Positions 24,750 through 37,475 of a stretch of DNA of 64,000 nt are shown piece after piece (within the stretch, counting starts at the first letter, position 1; the number at the start of each line of letters is the position of its first letter). The position numbers were made by a program, and so were the translations under genes. The DNA lies in NCBI GenBank assembly GCA_036172245.1, contig JAYWIR010000010.1, positions 1,612,001 to 1,676,000 on the forward strand, in the 5' to 3' direction. The stretch comes from Raillietiella orientalis. Taxonomy: Eukaryota. The notes under the pieces were generated by a model, which did not search any database, had not been told where the DNA came from, and worked only from the letters and a program-made list of their open reading frames with translations.

Positions 24750-25480
24750 ACACTGGACACCGCTTGGCAGCCCTTTTGCCGCTTCCGAGGTCTTTCGATA
24801 ACTCCAGCCTCTCATGGATACCAGATCGTCAACGCCTACGACTTCGTCAGCTATAGCTCTCCTTACTTGCTATCAGAGCGCAACGAAAGCAGCGTACAGA
24901 CCTTTTTGTGTCCTGAAGCATCTCCAAGCACGAGAAACCCTAGGCGGGTGGTCGATGCACGGATTAGCAGACGCGGCTACCACCTTGTGGGTTATCCCAC
25001 CGGGTGGGGAGGCTCACCCGGTGGGACAACACACGGGGTATTTCCACAAGTGAGCTGACGGTATCTTCTGTGACTTCGAACACGTCCAGCCTGTTCCTTC
25101 GCTGGCCTGAACAAACATGAAGCGGTCCTTCACTGCACCAGGGTTTGACGCTGCTGATGGACTGAAGAGAGGGAGAAGCACCTCTCCCAACGGGAAGGGT
25201 CAGGTGTGGGGCGCTATCGAAAAGTCCTCGCATTTGTAGCTGCACCATAGGTTCCTCCGGTCACATCCTTCCGCATCCCCTGGGCACCTGAAAAGTTCCC
25301 GGACCCTCTGCTTCACGCCAGATGGGTAATCCCGCTTGCGATTCTGTGTTGCATTGGGGCAAGCGCCCTGGGCAATAGCGGAGCAACGCTGATACCCAAG
25401 ACAGGTCTCGCCTCCCACCTTTCCCTCTTTGTGACATATGGAATGGTGAAGTGGACTCACTTATTCCCTCACGCAAACCA
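24750..25480 (-). mobile_element. Penelope-like RT fossil
   Basis: GYQRCSAIAQGAC (Y.Q..G.AQGS), WCSYKCEDF (W.RY.DD.F), LDVFEV. Confidence 0.4.
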
Positions 25481-25679
25481 GGATGCTGCGCATATTCCAC
25501 AGCCTCTGCAGGAGTACAATGGAATGACTGACTGAAGAACCCTTCCTCTTTCCCTCGAAGAAAAAAACAAAAAAGCAGACGAACCATCGTTTCTCTCTTA
25601 TTTATTTTTGGAATTCACATCTCCTCACTCTCACTCTACCCTACCCATCCTGTCGTCGGTCAGATGATGGATTATCTCC

Positions 25680-26400
25680 TTCCCCCCTTCATCCCACGAG
25701 CTGCAGGCCCAGAGACACGGATTCATTCTTCTGAATTTTTATTAAATTGTATCCCTGTTGATCCAGTTGAATAAACATCCTGGAAGGTAATCTCATTCTG
25801 GATTTCCTGGATGAGAAGATGTGCAGCTCTGAAATTTCTAAAGTAATAAAGCGTCCCACGTGACGTGACAGCTTCAAACGAGAGGGATCAAACCTCACTG
25901 GGAACAGGCACGAGTGGAGGTAGAAACAGTAGATAAATAAATAAAAATAGGGATGGAATGGACCAGTCTTATGGTGATGAATATGACCTAAAGAAGGGCA
26001 TTCCCATTCGCTGCAAAAAAGTCTGACCACAGTTGCCCTGAGACCTCCTTATATACCTGTTTCAACCGCTCCGTTGTGTCCCCCAAAAGGGCGAACGGTG
26101 GTCTTGAGTGGCTCCCTGAGACAGCAACCACGCTTCTCTTCCATTCTGGAGGTTGTCACTGCTCTCACGTGGCTGATCTTTAACAAAGAGGAATACGGTA
26201 AACCTCGAGAGGTGCATCTTTTTCCGAGAAGATCGTGGAGGCTATCATTGGGCAGTTGCGATGCCCTGAGATATGCTTCCATCCCTGATGCGGTCTCTGG
26301 AGCATTCCATCAGTAGCTCAGTAAAGGTTCCTTCTATTCTTCAGTGCGCGGATTCTTTAGGGACCCTCCCCTCTGAAGAGTATTAGCATCTCTGGTTTCG
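25680..26400 (-). mobile_element. CR1/Jockey-type LINE RT fossil
   Basis: YSSLLKISHV (RPISLL..SKV), GPFHPYFYLFIY (GP.LF.IY), then W..L.IN..K-like segment. Confidence 0.35.
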
Positions 26401-27199
26401 AGGTAGACCCCAGTGTACCAGTAGGATAGAAGATAGCTGTGCTGGCAGCGAAGACAAAGGACGAGAACGTCCATCAGGAGGTCCAGGGAATATCGAGGTT
26501 TCCATGAGGGATTCTAAGAAAGTCAAGCCATCTTTGAATATTCTGAGCAAGGTCTTTAGACGTGTTTTCGTGAGCTAGATGTGTCTTTGCCCACTGCGCG
26601 ATGGTGTTGACCATCCCCCTGATCTGATAGATAACTTCTCGTGCTCCAGGGAAGTCTACTTCTATCGCTTCCTACCGATGTAGAAAGCTTTAGAAGACCA
26701 CTCGAGACTAGCATGGAGTCTTGAGTGGTTCTACAATGCTCTCAGGGAGCCAGACCTCCAGAGATCTCTCTGAGGATGGTTTTCTCAACAGGCGAGTGGC
26801 TCTATCGCCAAAGGGCATGAGTCTCTCCAGGATCAGCAGGGTTAAATGTGCTTTCTCCTTTCTATTGTGGCAGATGTGGCGTTGATTCTGGGACCTACCT
26901 GCTCCCTTTCATGCATCGAGAGCCTTTGAATGCTGAAAAGTCTGAATCATGCTGTCGGTATAATGTTTCTTGATGATTGGGGGAGTTCGTCCGAACGACA
27001 GGTCAGAGGATTCGAGGGAAGCCATAGATTTGAGACCTTGAAAAAGGATGGGATCTCTACGGAATTAACCTACCTAGGGTTCGGAGAGGTTGCCACATAG
27101 TGAACCCATCCACTCTCTCCTGTTTCCTTCTAGCTCTAAGAGGAAGCAGCTTAAAATCCTTTTTTTTCTATTATAAAAAAAAAGCGTCCTTACAACACC

Positions 27200-28150
27200 C
27201 GTCTTGCTGAAGTCTGTGCTGCACTGTTGAGAGTCCTGCCACAGAGACCCTCAGTCTGTTTTGCTACTTCTAGCTGCCTTTGCCTTGCCTGGTAGGCGCT
27301 GACCGATGAAGAGGGACTCCTATATTCTGTGACATTTTCGAGTTGTGCTCTTCTGGATGGAGCACTAGGAGGCACATTGGTCACCTCCAGAGTAATCTAT
27401 CGGGAACGCGAAGCTGTCCTTAGAAAGGTTCCGGGTGATGAGCTGTTTCTTATGTCGATCCGTGTCACTGGCACTAGTCTAGAGTCTTCGTTTAGCTGCT
27501 CGCTATCGGGGACGCAGCAAATCCCACAGGCATCAGGATGGCTGTTCTCGTAAAAGGTAGTGGAAGAGGACTGTATTTCAAAGTCCAGGTCATTGTTCCG
27601 GAGGCGAGAGGTCTGCAGATGGTCGGACATCGAAGGTCCCCTTTTTTAATGGACAAGTCTGAAGAATCGCCATGCTCTCTATGGTACGAGCAGTTGTCTA
27701 TGCAAACGTGTCGTCGGAGATCCTCCAGGCATCTGACCACCTCACAGCTGACCTCGTGCTCCATTTGCATGCTTTCCGGTTTTTCACGATCCCTGCCTTG
27801 CACCGAACGTCAAGCGCATCCCGTCGTCCAAAAACAAAAAGTGGACGCAGAGAATCTTACCAACCAGTTTCTTCTAGGAAGATTATCCCATCTGGTTCCT
27901 TGCAGTTTTGTGGCTTTCTTTCTTTCTGCATGGCTTCCTTTCCCTTCCACGGCTAGAATACGGCGGATAGAATACGGCTCAAAGGAATTAACTCTCTCAT
28001 CGATGCCGTAGGATTTCGACCCCGCAGAGAAAGATAATGCAGACGTCAGTAACCTGAAATCTGAAATACTTGCTGCAGAGTTCAGCAGGGAAGAATTCTC
28101 GGGAGGCAAGTGCAAGCACTTTGTGATTCTTGCAGCCTCTTGTTCATACT
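27200..28150 (-). mobile_element. LINE (L1/RTE-like) RT fossil
   Basis: KSYGIDE (KSPG.DG) and SIKKGDLRCPTICRPLA (I.KKGD....N.RPI). Confidence 0.55.
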
Positions 28151-29851
28151 TCGTCACGCTGACTTTGCATCTTCATCGAGTTCCAGATTTTTCGGCACTG
28201 ATTCAATGATTCCGAATCTCTCTTTCCCCCCGATGATTCAGGACGATCACTCTAAACTTCTAGATAAGCACCGTGGAGCATTATCGTCAGCACTTGCTCA
28301 GGGATTCAGTACTTCACGCTGACCGGAAGATGGAGTCCGTTCTACCACCTGTCGAAGTTTTCCAATACGTCCTCAGGAAGAGATGGAAGAGTGGTTGGAG
28401 CTGCACTCTTTGCAAGCTTCCCCGGAAGGTTTGGAATCGAATCAAACCACTTCCGGGACGCGTTTAGCGCTCTCCCTTCTCATCTTGCATACTAGGTTCT
28501 TGCGTCGTTTTTGTAAAGAGCGGTAGATTCCTGAGGCCCAGTAGAGGAGCTCTACTGAGTTGCCTCATCCTGGACCCCCACGCTCTCTTCCCAGCTCTAA
28601 ATTGGGCACCATCGATTGTCACCTCCTATGCGAGCGCTGGACTTGGTCGAGGACGCCTGCCAGAAACAAGAGGTCAAGTCATTCGGAGTTACAAGACGCT
28701 GAGCAACAGTTGCATCTGACGAGCTGCCAAACTTAAACCTCACAAAGATGATGGACCATTGTGATTACGGAGAGCGAATGGACTTTTTAGTGGACAGATT
28801 GACCTAGGCAAAAGCATAGGCACCGGCTCAAGTAAAAAAGGCAACAAAATCTTTCAGGTTGGTACCAGACTCTACGTGAATAGGGGATTCAAACGTGGAA
28901 AGCAATCGCACTGATCTGGGGACCAGAAAGTAATGCCTGGAGCAAGAGCACCATCGTTTCGGAAAAGACGTATTTGGAATGGGAGCCGTTCTCCGTTTGG
29001 AAAGTGTTCAAGCAAGCAGAAGGGAGAGGGATTCGCAATCCAGAAGCTCCATGAAACTCGCCTGAATTCAGGATGCTTATCCCCAAAAAAGTGACCTCTC
29101 GCAATAGTCCAGGGACCCGATGCCAGCCGTAGGCGAAAAAACACATGCCAAGCGCCAGCCTTCCGACAAGTGTACGAAGAAGCACGCAGGTGTTGCCCAA
29201 CAAACGGCAAGTGTACGTATCTATATATAAACTGCATTCTCGGAATTGGGAAGAAGGAAGAATGTATTATCTTTGGAGACTTCCGAGCTTATGGAGAAGC
29301 GTTTTATAAATAGATTGGAGCGCGGGGAAATCTTCCGACAAACGGGCGGTGTTCAATGGCGCCTATTTCTTTCCCTCTCACGCGAAACACCGAGATGAGA
29401 GGACTCCGCCTCCCGCTAAGAAAAGGAACGCTCGCTGCAGCCGCGGCGTTCAGGCACGAACCACATGTCCCCTCGGCTAATAGGGCCAATCTGCAATCTC
29501 ACCTGCCAAATTAACCCACTTGTGTGTCACATGGATCAAAGAGTGAGTCGGCACGCTGGCCTCTTTCACAAATGTTGCGAGGAGCCGTTGGGAGCGTTTT
29601 CCGCGATCAGCACGAGCACGAGAAACGCCCGGGATAAATCGAAACCCATAAAACGAAGGCTGCTGCCGTCGCTGCCTGCGCCTTCCAGGAAAATCCGGGA
29701 GCGACACGGGAAGTTCGCAATTGGAGCCGGAGCGCAGCTGGATGCGCGCGGAACGAAGAAGAGAGGCGAAGGGCGCCTCGGCGCTGCCTCGCGCCGGGCA
29801 TGGCCGAAATCTGCGAGGAGGAAGTGGAAAATTTTTCATGATTCCTTTTCC

Positions 29852-29858
29852 CTCTCTG

Positions 29859-29925
<67 letters not shown>
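29852..29925. repeat. (CT)n microsatellite with two G interruptions
   Basis: Directly visible. Confidence 0.95.
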
Positions 29926-29926
<1 letters not shown>

Positions 29927-30499
29927 GGAGAGCAAATCGTCAAGGGAACAACGTCCTTTTCCGAATAACGCCACGGCTTCGAAAGCAAACGAAACATTAG
30001 CACCCGAGCTCCAGCTATTTATAAGTGTTCAACATGAATACACTAAACATACGTCTCTTCCAGGCTAATTTCTTAATTAGGTGGGGCCATTTTGTGATCC
30101 TCGCGATGGAAATTTTCAACCAAACAAACAAATCGGATAAATTAACTTTCCTGCATCTAAATCGCTGAATCGTTCAGGACAGATGCTCTTGGAGCATATT
30201 AGGAATTTTTTCGTTACCGGAATTTTTGTGCCCCCCTCCCCTCCCCCCGCCTTTGCTGCTTTCTCGACCCCTCTTCTCTTCATCATAAAAAAGCTTCCTT
30301 CTCGGCAACGTGATGTCCCTCGCTGATTGCTAATCGATTGCGAAGAAAACGTTTATCGATGGTGTCTGCCTTCGGATCGGAAACGCTGCAAAGGATCACG
30401 TGTGCATCTTTAACGGATATACGCTCGATACTTTGCAATGTCATCATCTTTTAAGGATGATGCAAATATTTACCATGCTACATTAATGGCTGAGTAATG

Positions 30500-31180
30500 G
30501 CCCTCCCAGATGTGCCTTGTGTTTCAGTGCTGCCGGTGTTGCTTCTTCGCCGGTGCTGAGGCGTTTCCGGATCTCAGTCCAGCTGGAGATCTCCGGGTAC
30601 GAGGGAAGCGCGACCTTCGGCGCATACGACAAAGTAAAATTCGTGGGAAGCGATGCTTTTATGAACCCAACTGCCCCCACAGTGCCCATCATTTTCATGC
30701 CAACGGCACGCGCACACCCAGACCTGTGCACACAGGCCTTTCGGATGCCTACCCTCTTTCTCTGCACTCTGGTGATACGTTCAGTGAGCACGATACGGGG
30801 CATCCCTAGAGACTGTCCCTTCGGAAACGGTTGTCCCGCGGGGGTCACTGGAACCCCACGAACGTTCGATTCAGCGACCAAGAATGAAACAAGAGCGGAA
30901 CGATCGAAGAATTCCGAACGGAGCAGATCAAAGTACCGAGAGTTTTCTCACTGCTGCGTCGTGTCTTGAACCTTTTGTTTCCTCTGTTCTTCGTCGAAGA
31001 ACTTGCAAATGGGAACATCGTTTTACTTGGCACCGCAAAGGGAATTTGTTTACACCGAAGGAGCACAGCGAATGGGTGGCACTCTTCTGCGGTTGGACAC
31101 CAGAGGTCGAGAATGTGCACGCCGGTCCCTGAAACGAACACTTTAACGGCAGAACCACGAGAAAGCAGGGAGAGAGCTGA
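30500..31180 (-). mobile_element. Penelope-like fossil (RT thumb/linker)
   Basis: HILDL, FPFASSSTK, KVALPSYPEIS..IRKRL (LPY...S..I...L). Confidence 0.35.
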
Positions 31181-32449
31181 GGAGGAAGGGCGCACGAAGA
31201 GCTTTGATTTTGCTTTCCAGGAAACCTGATTAAACCATTCCTCAGCATCCCATCGAAAGTACTCCGTCCACTGGGACGAACTCTCAAATTGTTACCGGCA
31301 AGCCAAACAAATGCTCATCCTTGGTAAGGATCAATTCAGGTGACACAGCAAGAGGGTTGTTTCTGCCTCTTCGCCGGGAAAACCAAATTCGTTCTCCCGA
31401 AAAGTGGCGAACGAACAGTGTCAGTTTCCAATCATCACTCATGCATCCCTGTGTAAACAATCATGGCAGTTCCCTCCTGTTTTATTCAATTGAGAAAGCG
31501 GATGGCTTTGACGAGATGGCGTGTGACTTTCCAACTTCCTCGGACGATTTCCATTTTCGACACGCAGACTGGGGTCATTTATTGGAGGCTGATTATGGAG
31601 ATTCGGATTTTCGCCGAAGTTTGCAGATTCCACGAAACCTGACCCGAGCACATCCGAGTGCAGTCCGCATACCGAAATTCCCCTCTCTTGCGTTCTTGCA
31701 GCTTCGTGTTGCTTCGTTCCCCCCCGCACCCCCACCCCATCCCATTGTCCAAAAGATACGAAAGGGAGTGGTGGCGCGAGATTAATAATCCCTCATGACC
31801 TGCAGCCTCACCCATAATTTGTCTTCGCTCGATTCCAAGATTGAAAAACCTTAGTTTTTCTGGAGCTAGCCTGTCGTTTGTTCCCCATTTTTTTTTTTTT
31901 TTTTATCAGCAACCCAGTCCACACACAAGTGCTACTACACTACTTGTTAGCGCAGAGAGAATACTTGTTTGACATCCTTAATAGTTGAGTTGGCATAATC
32001 GACAATGGAGGATGTCAGGAAGCTTCCTCCAAACAGACATCGACACTACGAATATGGGATTGGATCTGCAAAAGTTCTGCTTTGAGAGGAGGTCCTTCAG
32101 CACTTTAAGAAAATTATTAGACTCTTTTTCTATCCTGAGGACTTCACACTTCTGAGCTCTATATGAAGTAGAGGTAGAGTAGAGTAGCCCTGGGAAAACT
32201 CCTCTTTTCCTTGAAGAAGAACAAAGTTGCTTTGAATACAACTCATAGTAACTCTATCTTCTAGCCTCTACCTTCATTGAAGCATAAATCAGCTTTATAA
32301 ATGGGATGCAATTTCTGCAGGGCTTTCGCGTCATCGATGAAAAATCTCGTCATTCCATTACCGGGAAAGACTACCTCTGAGGAATGTCAGGATGCAGAAA
32401 TCTGAATTTCATTTTGAATAAAAAATGGAGAAGCCTGTGCTCCTGCTGA

Positions 32450-33520
32450 TCGTGTTTGGAGTATCAATTGGTTCAGTTTTGTCTCTGTAGTCAATCGATG
32501 TGCTGTGTGGAGGCTCAGCAGCAGATTCCCGGAGACCGCATGCGAGGCTCAAACTAAAGAACTAAGGCATGCTGAAGCGAATACGCCTAAATTCAAGAGT
32601 GGTGGAAACATCTGGACCAGTCGGAAGACAAAATTTCATTACGACTGCTTGAAGTTGAGGACGAGGGATGTTTTGAAAACTTTCATTCTTCCGGGACAGG
32701 AACTTACGCTTGCCGAGTGATCGAGCGTTCCCGGTCCCCACTTTCGAGTCCAAAGCTCGTGATGACCATCTGATGGAGGTGTCCGTCTCTTGAATGTGAG
32801 GCTCTTTCCCACCCCCGCAAAAAGAAAAGGGATAAACCTGGACATCTGGACTTCAAGAGCTCACGTCAGGTCAGACACACAGTCGTGTAAAGATGGGCAT
32901 CTCTAGCAGTATAAGGGACTTCCACGGAAATGCATTGATTTCATGTCGGTCCACGCTTGTCTGCGTTCTTGGCCGGGTAGCACCTTTCCATGCTCCGAGC
33001 ATTTTCCATGGGAACCTCTCTAGGACGCTCCCCCCGAAGCGCTTTCCGCGCTTGAAGGAAGCAACGACTCCCGGTTTCAGTCCACGGGGAGAATTCCAGA
33101 TCCGTAACCAAGGATGGAAGCGGTGAGAGCAGCAGCAAGCATGCTCTTGAGGTAAGAGCGATCTGAGAATGCGCACCGTTTCCGTTCGATGGCTGAGCGC
33201 ATCAGACAATCGATTGCAAGCAATAAAAAGACTTCCGACAAGACTCGTTCTCTGGAAGCCACGGTGAAAATTCGACATGATCGATGGCAGAGAATGAGAC
33301 CTCCTCGACCGTGTCGAGGGAGGGAAAAAAAAAGAAAGAAAAATGCAGAAAGATTTCCTGAGGAACTGTGAACTTCCCGGTGGACCGTAAACAGAAAAAA
33401 AAAAAAAAAAACTTGCATCCTGACGGAAAGCAAAGATCCACATCACAGAAGCGAGGCAGAACAGTGCTCCTTGAAGGTAGTGCTCAAGCCTTGCAGCACT
33501 CGTAGGATGAATCTTCATTT
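32450..33520 (-). mobile_element. Penelope-like element fossil
   Basis: KIHPT..LEH..GALF..RQDASF..SVY (IHP.I.FT.E....LPFLD..R..DG.F..SVYRKP), SNFH..SLVGSL..NRL..E..ILRSLL, and C-terminal SAAE..H..IDY. Confidence 0.55.
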
Positions 33521-33544
33521 CTTGATTCTCACCCGGGGCGTGCA

Positions 33545-34000
33545 TTCTCGCGAATAAAACATCTTACGGAATCTGTGGCTGGACTAGTGGTCCAGCCGTG
33601 CGGGTCACCGGTTCGCAGACCGGTGCGGTCCACCTCGGCAGCAGAGGGCAGGGGGTTATAAACAAAAAGAAAAACAAAAAGGAAAGATAAATAAAAGAAC
33701 TGGTAGGGCGCGGGGAGGGGTTGGGATCTGTCACCTCCTCTGGAGGATGCCGGCAAGCTCTTCCTGACTATGGAATTCCAGGCGGGGCCATAGCGTCGCC
33801 ATCCTCAGGAAGCGGACGGCGTACTCGCTGGCATCCCTATCGCTGGGTCCTCCCGTCTCGTTGCTCCATGCAGCGACGATCCCGCGTAGGCAGCACAGGG
33901 CTGCAAGGGAGGTCGCGAACGGAGAGGGGTCTAATTGAGTCCCTGGGTTGCCACAGGGGATACCTTGGGTGGCATCAAAGCGTCCCCATAGGGGCCTTCA
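33545..34000 (-). mobile_element. L1/Tx1-like LINE 3' end (ORF2 C-terminus + 3' UTR)
   Basis: Frame ending FLRMATLWPRLEFHSQEELAGILQRR* (stop 33733-33731), similar to the 53661-53867(-) terminus VRTAMRWPHLQEVSRGIAGIQRHL*. Followed by a T-rich UTR and two GC hairpins. Confidence 0.5.
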
Positions 34001-34509
34001 TTTCATTGAGGATAGGGTCCTTTCGAGTTCGGTTCTCTTGTTTGAAACTCGGATCAGACAAGCCATACAACATACTCAACCATCTTCCTAACGAGCAGTT
34101 ATCGATGCACGACCAGCCTCTTCGCAAGCATCCTGCATTCTTGTCTGTGATGTGCCATTCAGCTTTTCAGCAAAACCGAGAGAGATGCATCCATACAGCT
34201 CGGAAGCCATTTCTTATCCGCAGCTCTGCCAATGCTATGAGCATATGCCATGCTACACATCTGCCAATTGTGGCTATTTCTTCACATCCGTTTTTCTCAT
34301 CTGATACAATGCTGATGATGTGCCGGTTTCCATCAGCAGGCACATTTCCGTCAGCGCACATCCCTCTATGGTCCACGCAAGTTCATATTGTGATTTACAG
34401 TTACCATTCGGACAGTTACCAATTTGTAACTATGCCGAGATGGCCAGTTACTATATGGATGATTACTTTGATACGCTTGTTTCCTCTCTCCATCACAAAT
34501 ATCAAATGC

Positions 34510-35052
34510 AGTCAAGCAACCGGAGAGTTCCAAAAGCAACTTTCCCCCTAAAACCGGATCTGGTCATGGAAAAAGAAAACCGGGTATCTGTGCTGGACAT
34601 CTGCTTCCCATACGAAAATGGAATAGAGGAGTTCAGTACTTGCCAGGAAGAACAAGGAAGGAAAGTAAAAGGACGTGGTCCTACAGCTAGGAAAAGGAGG
34701 AAGGCAATGCAGAGTACATGCATTCATCGTCGGCTCTCTGGGAGCACGGGATCCTGAAAATGAGGAATTATTACAAGATCCCAAAGAAGAAGCTGGTGGT
34801 GTTGAGACACCGGATGGTGGCTTCATGTATCCTCTACTCAAGTGACATCTATGCCGTCCACGTCGCAAGGAAGACCGACAGCCAGCCGAAGAATCCTAAC
34901 AACCACTCTTACCGTACGGAAGCCAGGAAGCGGAGGAAGCACCATTAAAAGGGGTGAAGAGAGCCCCAAGAAAACAGTGGAGGAAGAATGCCTAGAGCCC
35001 CTACCTCCTTCCTATAGCCAGTTATGTAACTGTACACATAAGCAATAAAAAG
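34510..35052 (+). mobile_element. 5'-truncated NeSL/Utopia-like non-LTR retrotransposon (RLE PD-(D/E)xK endonuclease + 3' UTR)
   Basis: NRRVP..LKPDLVMEKENRVSVLDICFPYENG; frameshift ARKNKEGK*KD (K..KY); AFIVGSLGARDPENE; frameshift LRHRMVASCILYSSDIYAVH; AATAAA near 35044-35049. Confidence 0.8.
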
Positions 35053-35369
35053 TTTTTGGGATGCTCCTCAAGATTTAGTAGATGTAAATATCTCAAACTC
35101 CTGAGGAACTGAAATGAAAAATATCATCAGTTTAATGGCATTTACTTTAGAGGATAGACTTGAGTTATAATCTTGCAAAATCTTGAGTCCATAACCCAGC
35201 ATCTAGAAAAATTAAAGATACTGATTCCTCTTTTCGAAAGCCGTATTGGATGGGGATCAATCCTTCCTCAGAACTTTTGCTCCTGTTTTTTGTTATTAAC
35301 AAAAACCACTAACAGTACTAATAACTATTAGTGGACGCCGCAAGGAAAATGCCCTCTCTTTCTCACGCC

Positions 35370-37475
35370 AGTGAGCGGGAGCAATTCGAGGGAGCTCCTT
35401 TGAGATGCTGCACTTTCGCATGACCCTATAGTCTTAGTTTTTCCCCTCAAGAGTGGATCACAAACGAGTGATTCAGCTCATGAGGATACCTTAGAGATTG
35501 TGGTGGCTCTGGAGGAACACGCCGCCGTGCATGAGCTCGGAGCGTGAACCGAATCCTCGAAGGTGGGACCGTCATTTTGTCTGCCACGTGCTCCACAGTG
35601 TCCATGCGTGATTCACCCCCCACATCTTCAGGTGGATGGCTTCATTCCCCTATGGCATTGGAGGAAGCTGCACCAGAAGTGTGCATGTGCACACTCTCGT
35701 GTGGAGTCTCATCAAGCCAAAGACCTCATGAGCGGTGGAAAGCATTCGTTTCAGCGGGGACAGTCGGTTGGTCCGGCATGTCAAGTAGTCTGACTCCTAA
35801 ATTTCATCTCTACGAATCTTCCTCCTCCGAGCGGCTCATGAGCATAAATGGAACTTCACAGATACTTCACAGAACTTCAACACTCTTCACATACGCAGTG
35901 GCTTGCTGCATCAGGCCTCAGGTGGCGCATCTGATGGCAGACGATTTTAAGATTCGTCTGCTATAGAGTGACTCTCGGGCTCAAGATCAGCTGGCTCAGT
36001 TCAGCGACTTGAGCGCTCCCGTCAACTCAAACAAGTTGTCGGCTCACCTATCTGGAATGATGGATTCCATTGACCGTGTCTGTTCAGACGACCACTTGCT
36101 CCCGCGGTTCGGTCGGACGCAGAGGGAAGTGAAGGTCAGCATTGTCCGATCATTACAGGGTCGACCTGGAGCCCATGTTGCCTGTCTAGGAAGGGGCCGC
36201 AAAATCTGGAGGCTAGCAAAAGACTGCCTAAGCATTCCAGAAGCGAGGGAGATCCTGTGTGGTTTCACCATATAGGAACTCTGAGGTTAGAACCGTCACA
36301 AGGTCCGATTTCAAGAAGTGTCCCAGTTGACAAACAATTTTTTTTATTGACTGAGGATGAGGGTGGTTGAAGCAAGGTAGAGGCTTAGAGTGATGTCGAT
36401 CTGTATCCTCTCAAGCATCCCGGCAGATCTCGAAGAGCGACGATCGCCGCTGGAAGTGAAATCCCGCTTCTCATAAAAAGGCTCTTGATGAGGTTCCTCG
36501 GATTAGCCACCGGAAACAGAAGGGCCGTGGAAAGACGCTAGCGGATACTTCTGAGAGCGACACGATCCTGCAACAGGCGCGGAAAGGATTCGACTTTATC
36601 GCACCTGCCACGTTTCGGGTGCATGCTTCCCTTTGTTCGGTGGTATCAGTCCGTTACGGGGCGGAGAGAAGTAGACTCGAGCCACTTCCCCTTTCCCCCT
36701 AACCACTGCGATATTCTCCCTAAGGGAGAGAAACGACAGCTGCCAGACGGCAGGGTGAATGATCTCGTGGCAGGAGCGACGAAACTGGCGAATCAGTTTG
36801 CCAGTTGGCTGAGACGGCGACACCATTTGAGGACCACTGCGCTCAAGGACCGCTCCTTCGGGAAGAACTAGTCATTCCGCGTCGGAGATTGTGATCTCCG
36901 CGCTCTTCCTGAACAGCTCTGTGTGTCTTCTCAGATGGCAGCAAGAAGAGGCTTAGCTTTTCTTGCGTGGGGCTTCCCTTGCAACCAGAGGCGGCATCGT
37001 TGGGCGAGGGGTAGCGTCCCTACGAGCTGCGTCCACTACGGAGACACTGAAACTTTCGCGCACCTGCCGTTGGGATGTGGCGAACTTTCAGAGCGTGTGG
37101 AAACGCCTCGAGGCTGCCTACTTTGACCCAGAGGCATTCCGGAAGAGCTTCTGCAGTGCGGCCTCAAACGGGGTGGGCTTCCGCCTGCTTCCCCGATCGC
37201 AATCTGGTCTGGAGGCGCGTCGACAGAGAAGAATGACCACACGCATCCAGTCCGCGGTGATGATGAATATGGAAAAATGGCCTTTTTGGAATAACAGAGT
37301 CAAAAAGGACGACTCCTGCATGTCGCACAGGTCTCAGAAGACTCGGCGGGTGTGACCGGTGACCTCTATCCCTTCCCCACTTTTCATTATCTATTTACTT
37401 GTTTGTTGTCCCTTTCTCTACACCCTCCATGCTCTTCTGTGCAGTCGACCTGCGGGTCGATGTTTTTTTTTTTTT
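35370..37475 (+). mobile_element. L1/Tx1-like LINE ORF2 3' portion fossil
   Basis: EGAPLRCCTFA (QG.PLS..LF), SAHEDTL (AYADD), LAWGFPCNQRRHRW..SCVHYGDTETFAHLPLGC (C..C...ET..H....C), KWP terminus, T-rich UTR, hairpin and T13. Confidence 0.6.

Noticed and set aside
33570..33960. tRNA-, 7SK- or HDV-ribozyme-like structured region (GGTTCG, ATCTGTCACC, CCTCCTCTGG)
   Set aside because: No cloverleaf or HDV P1 pairing could be built; better explained as the antisense of a LINE ORF2 end and 3' UTR.
33721..34551. 276-aa + strand ORF
   Set aside because: Chimeric across several TE fragments; no coherent domain.
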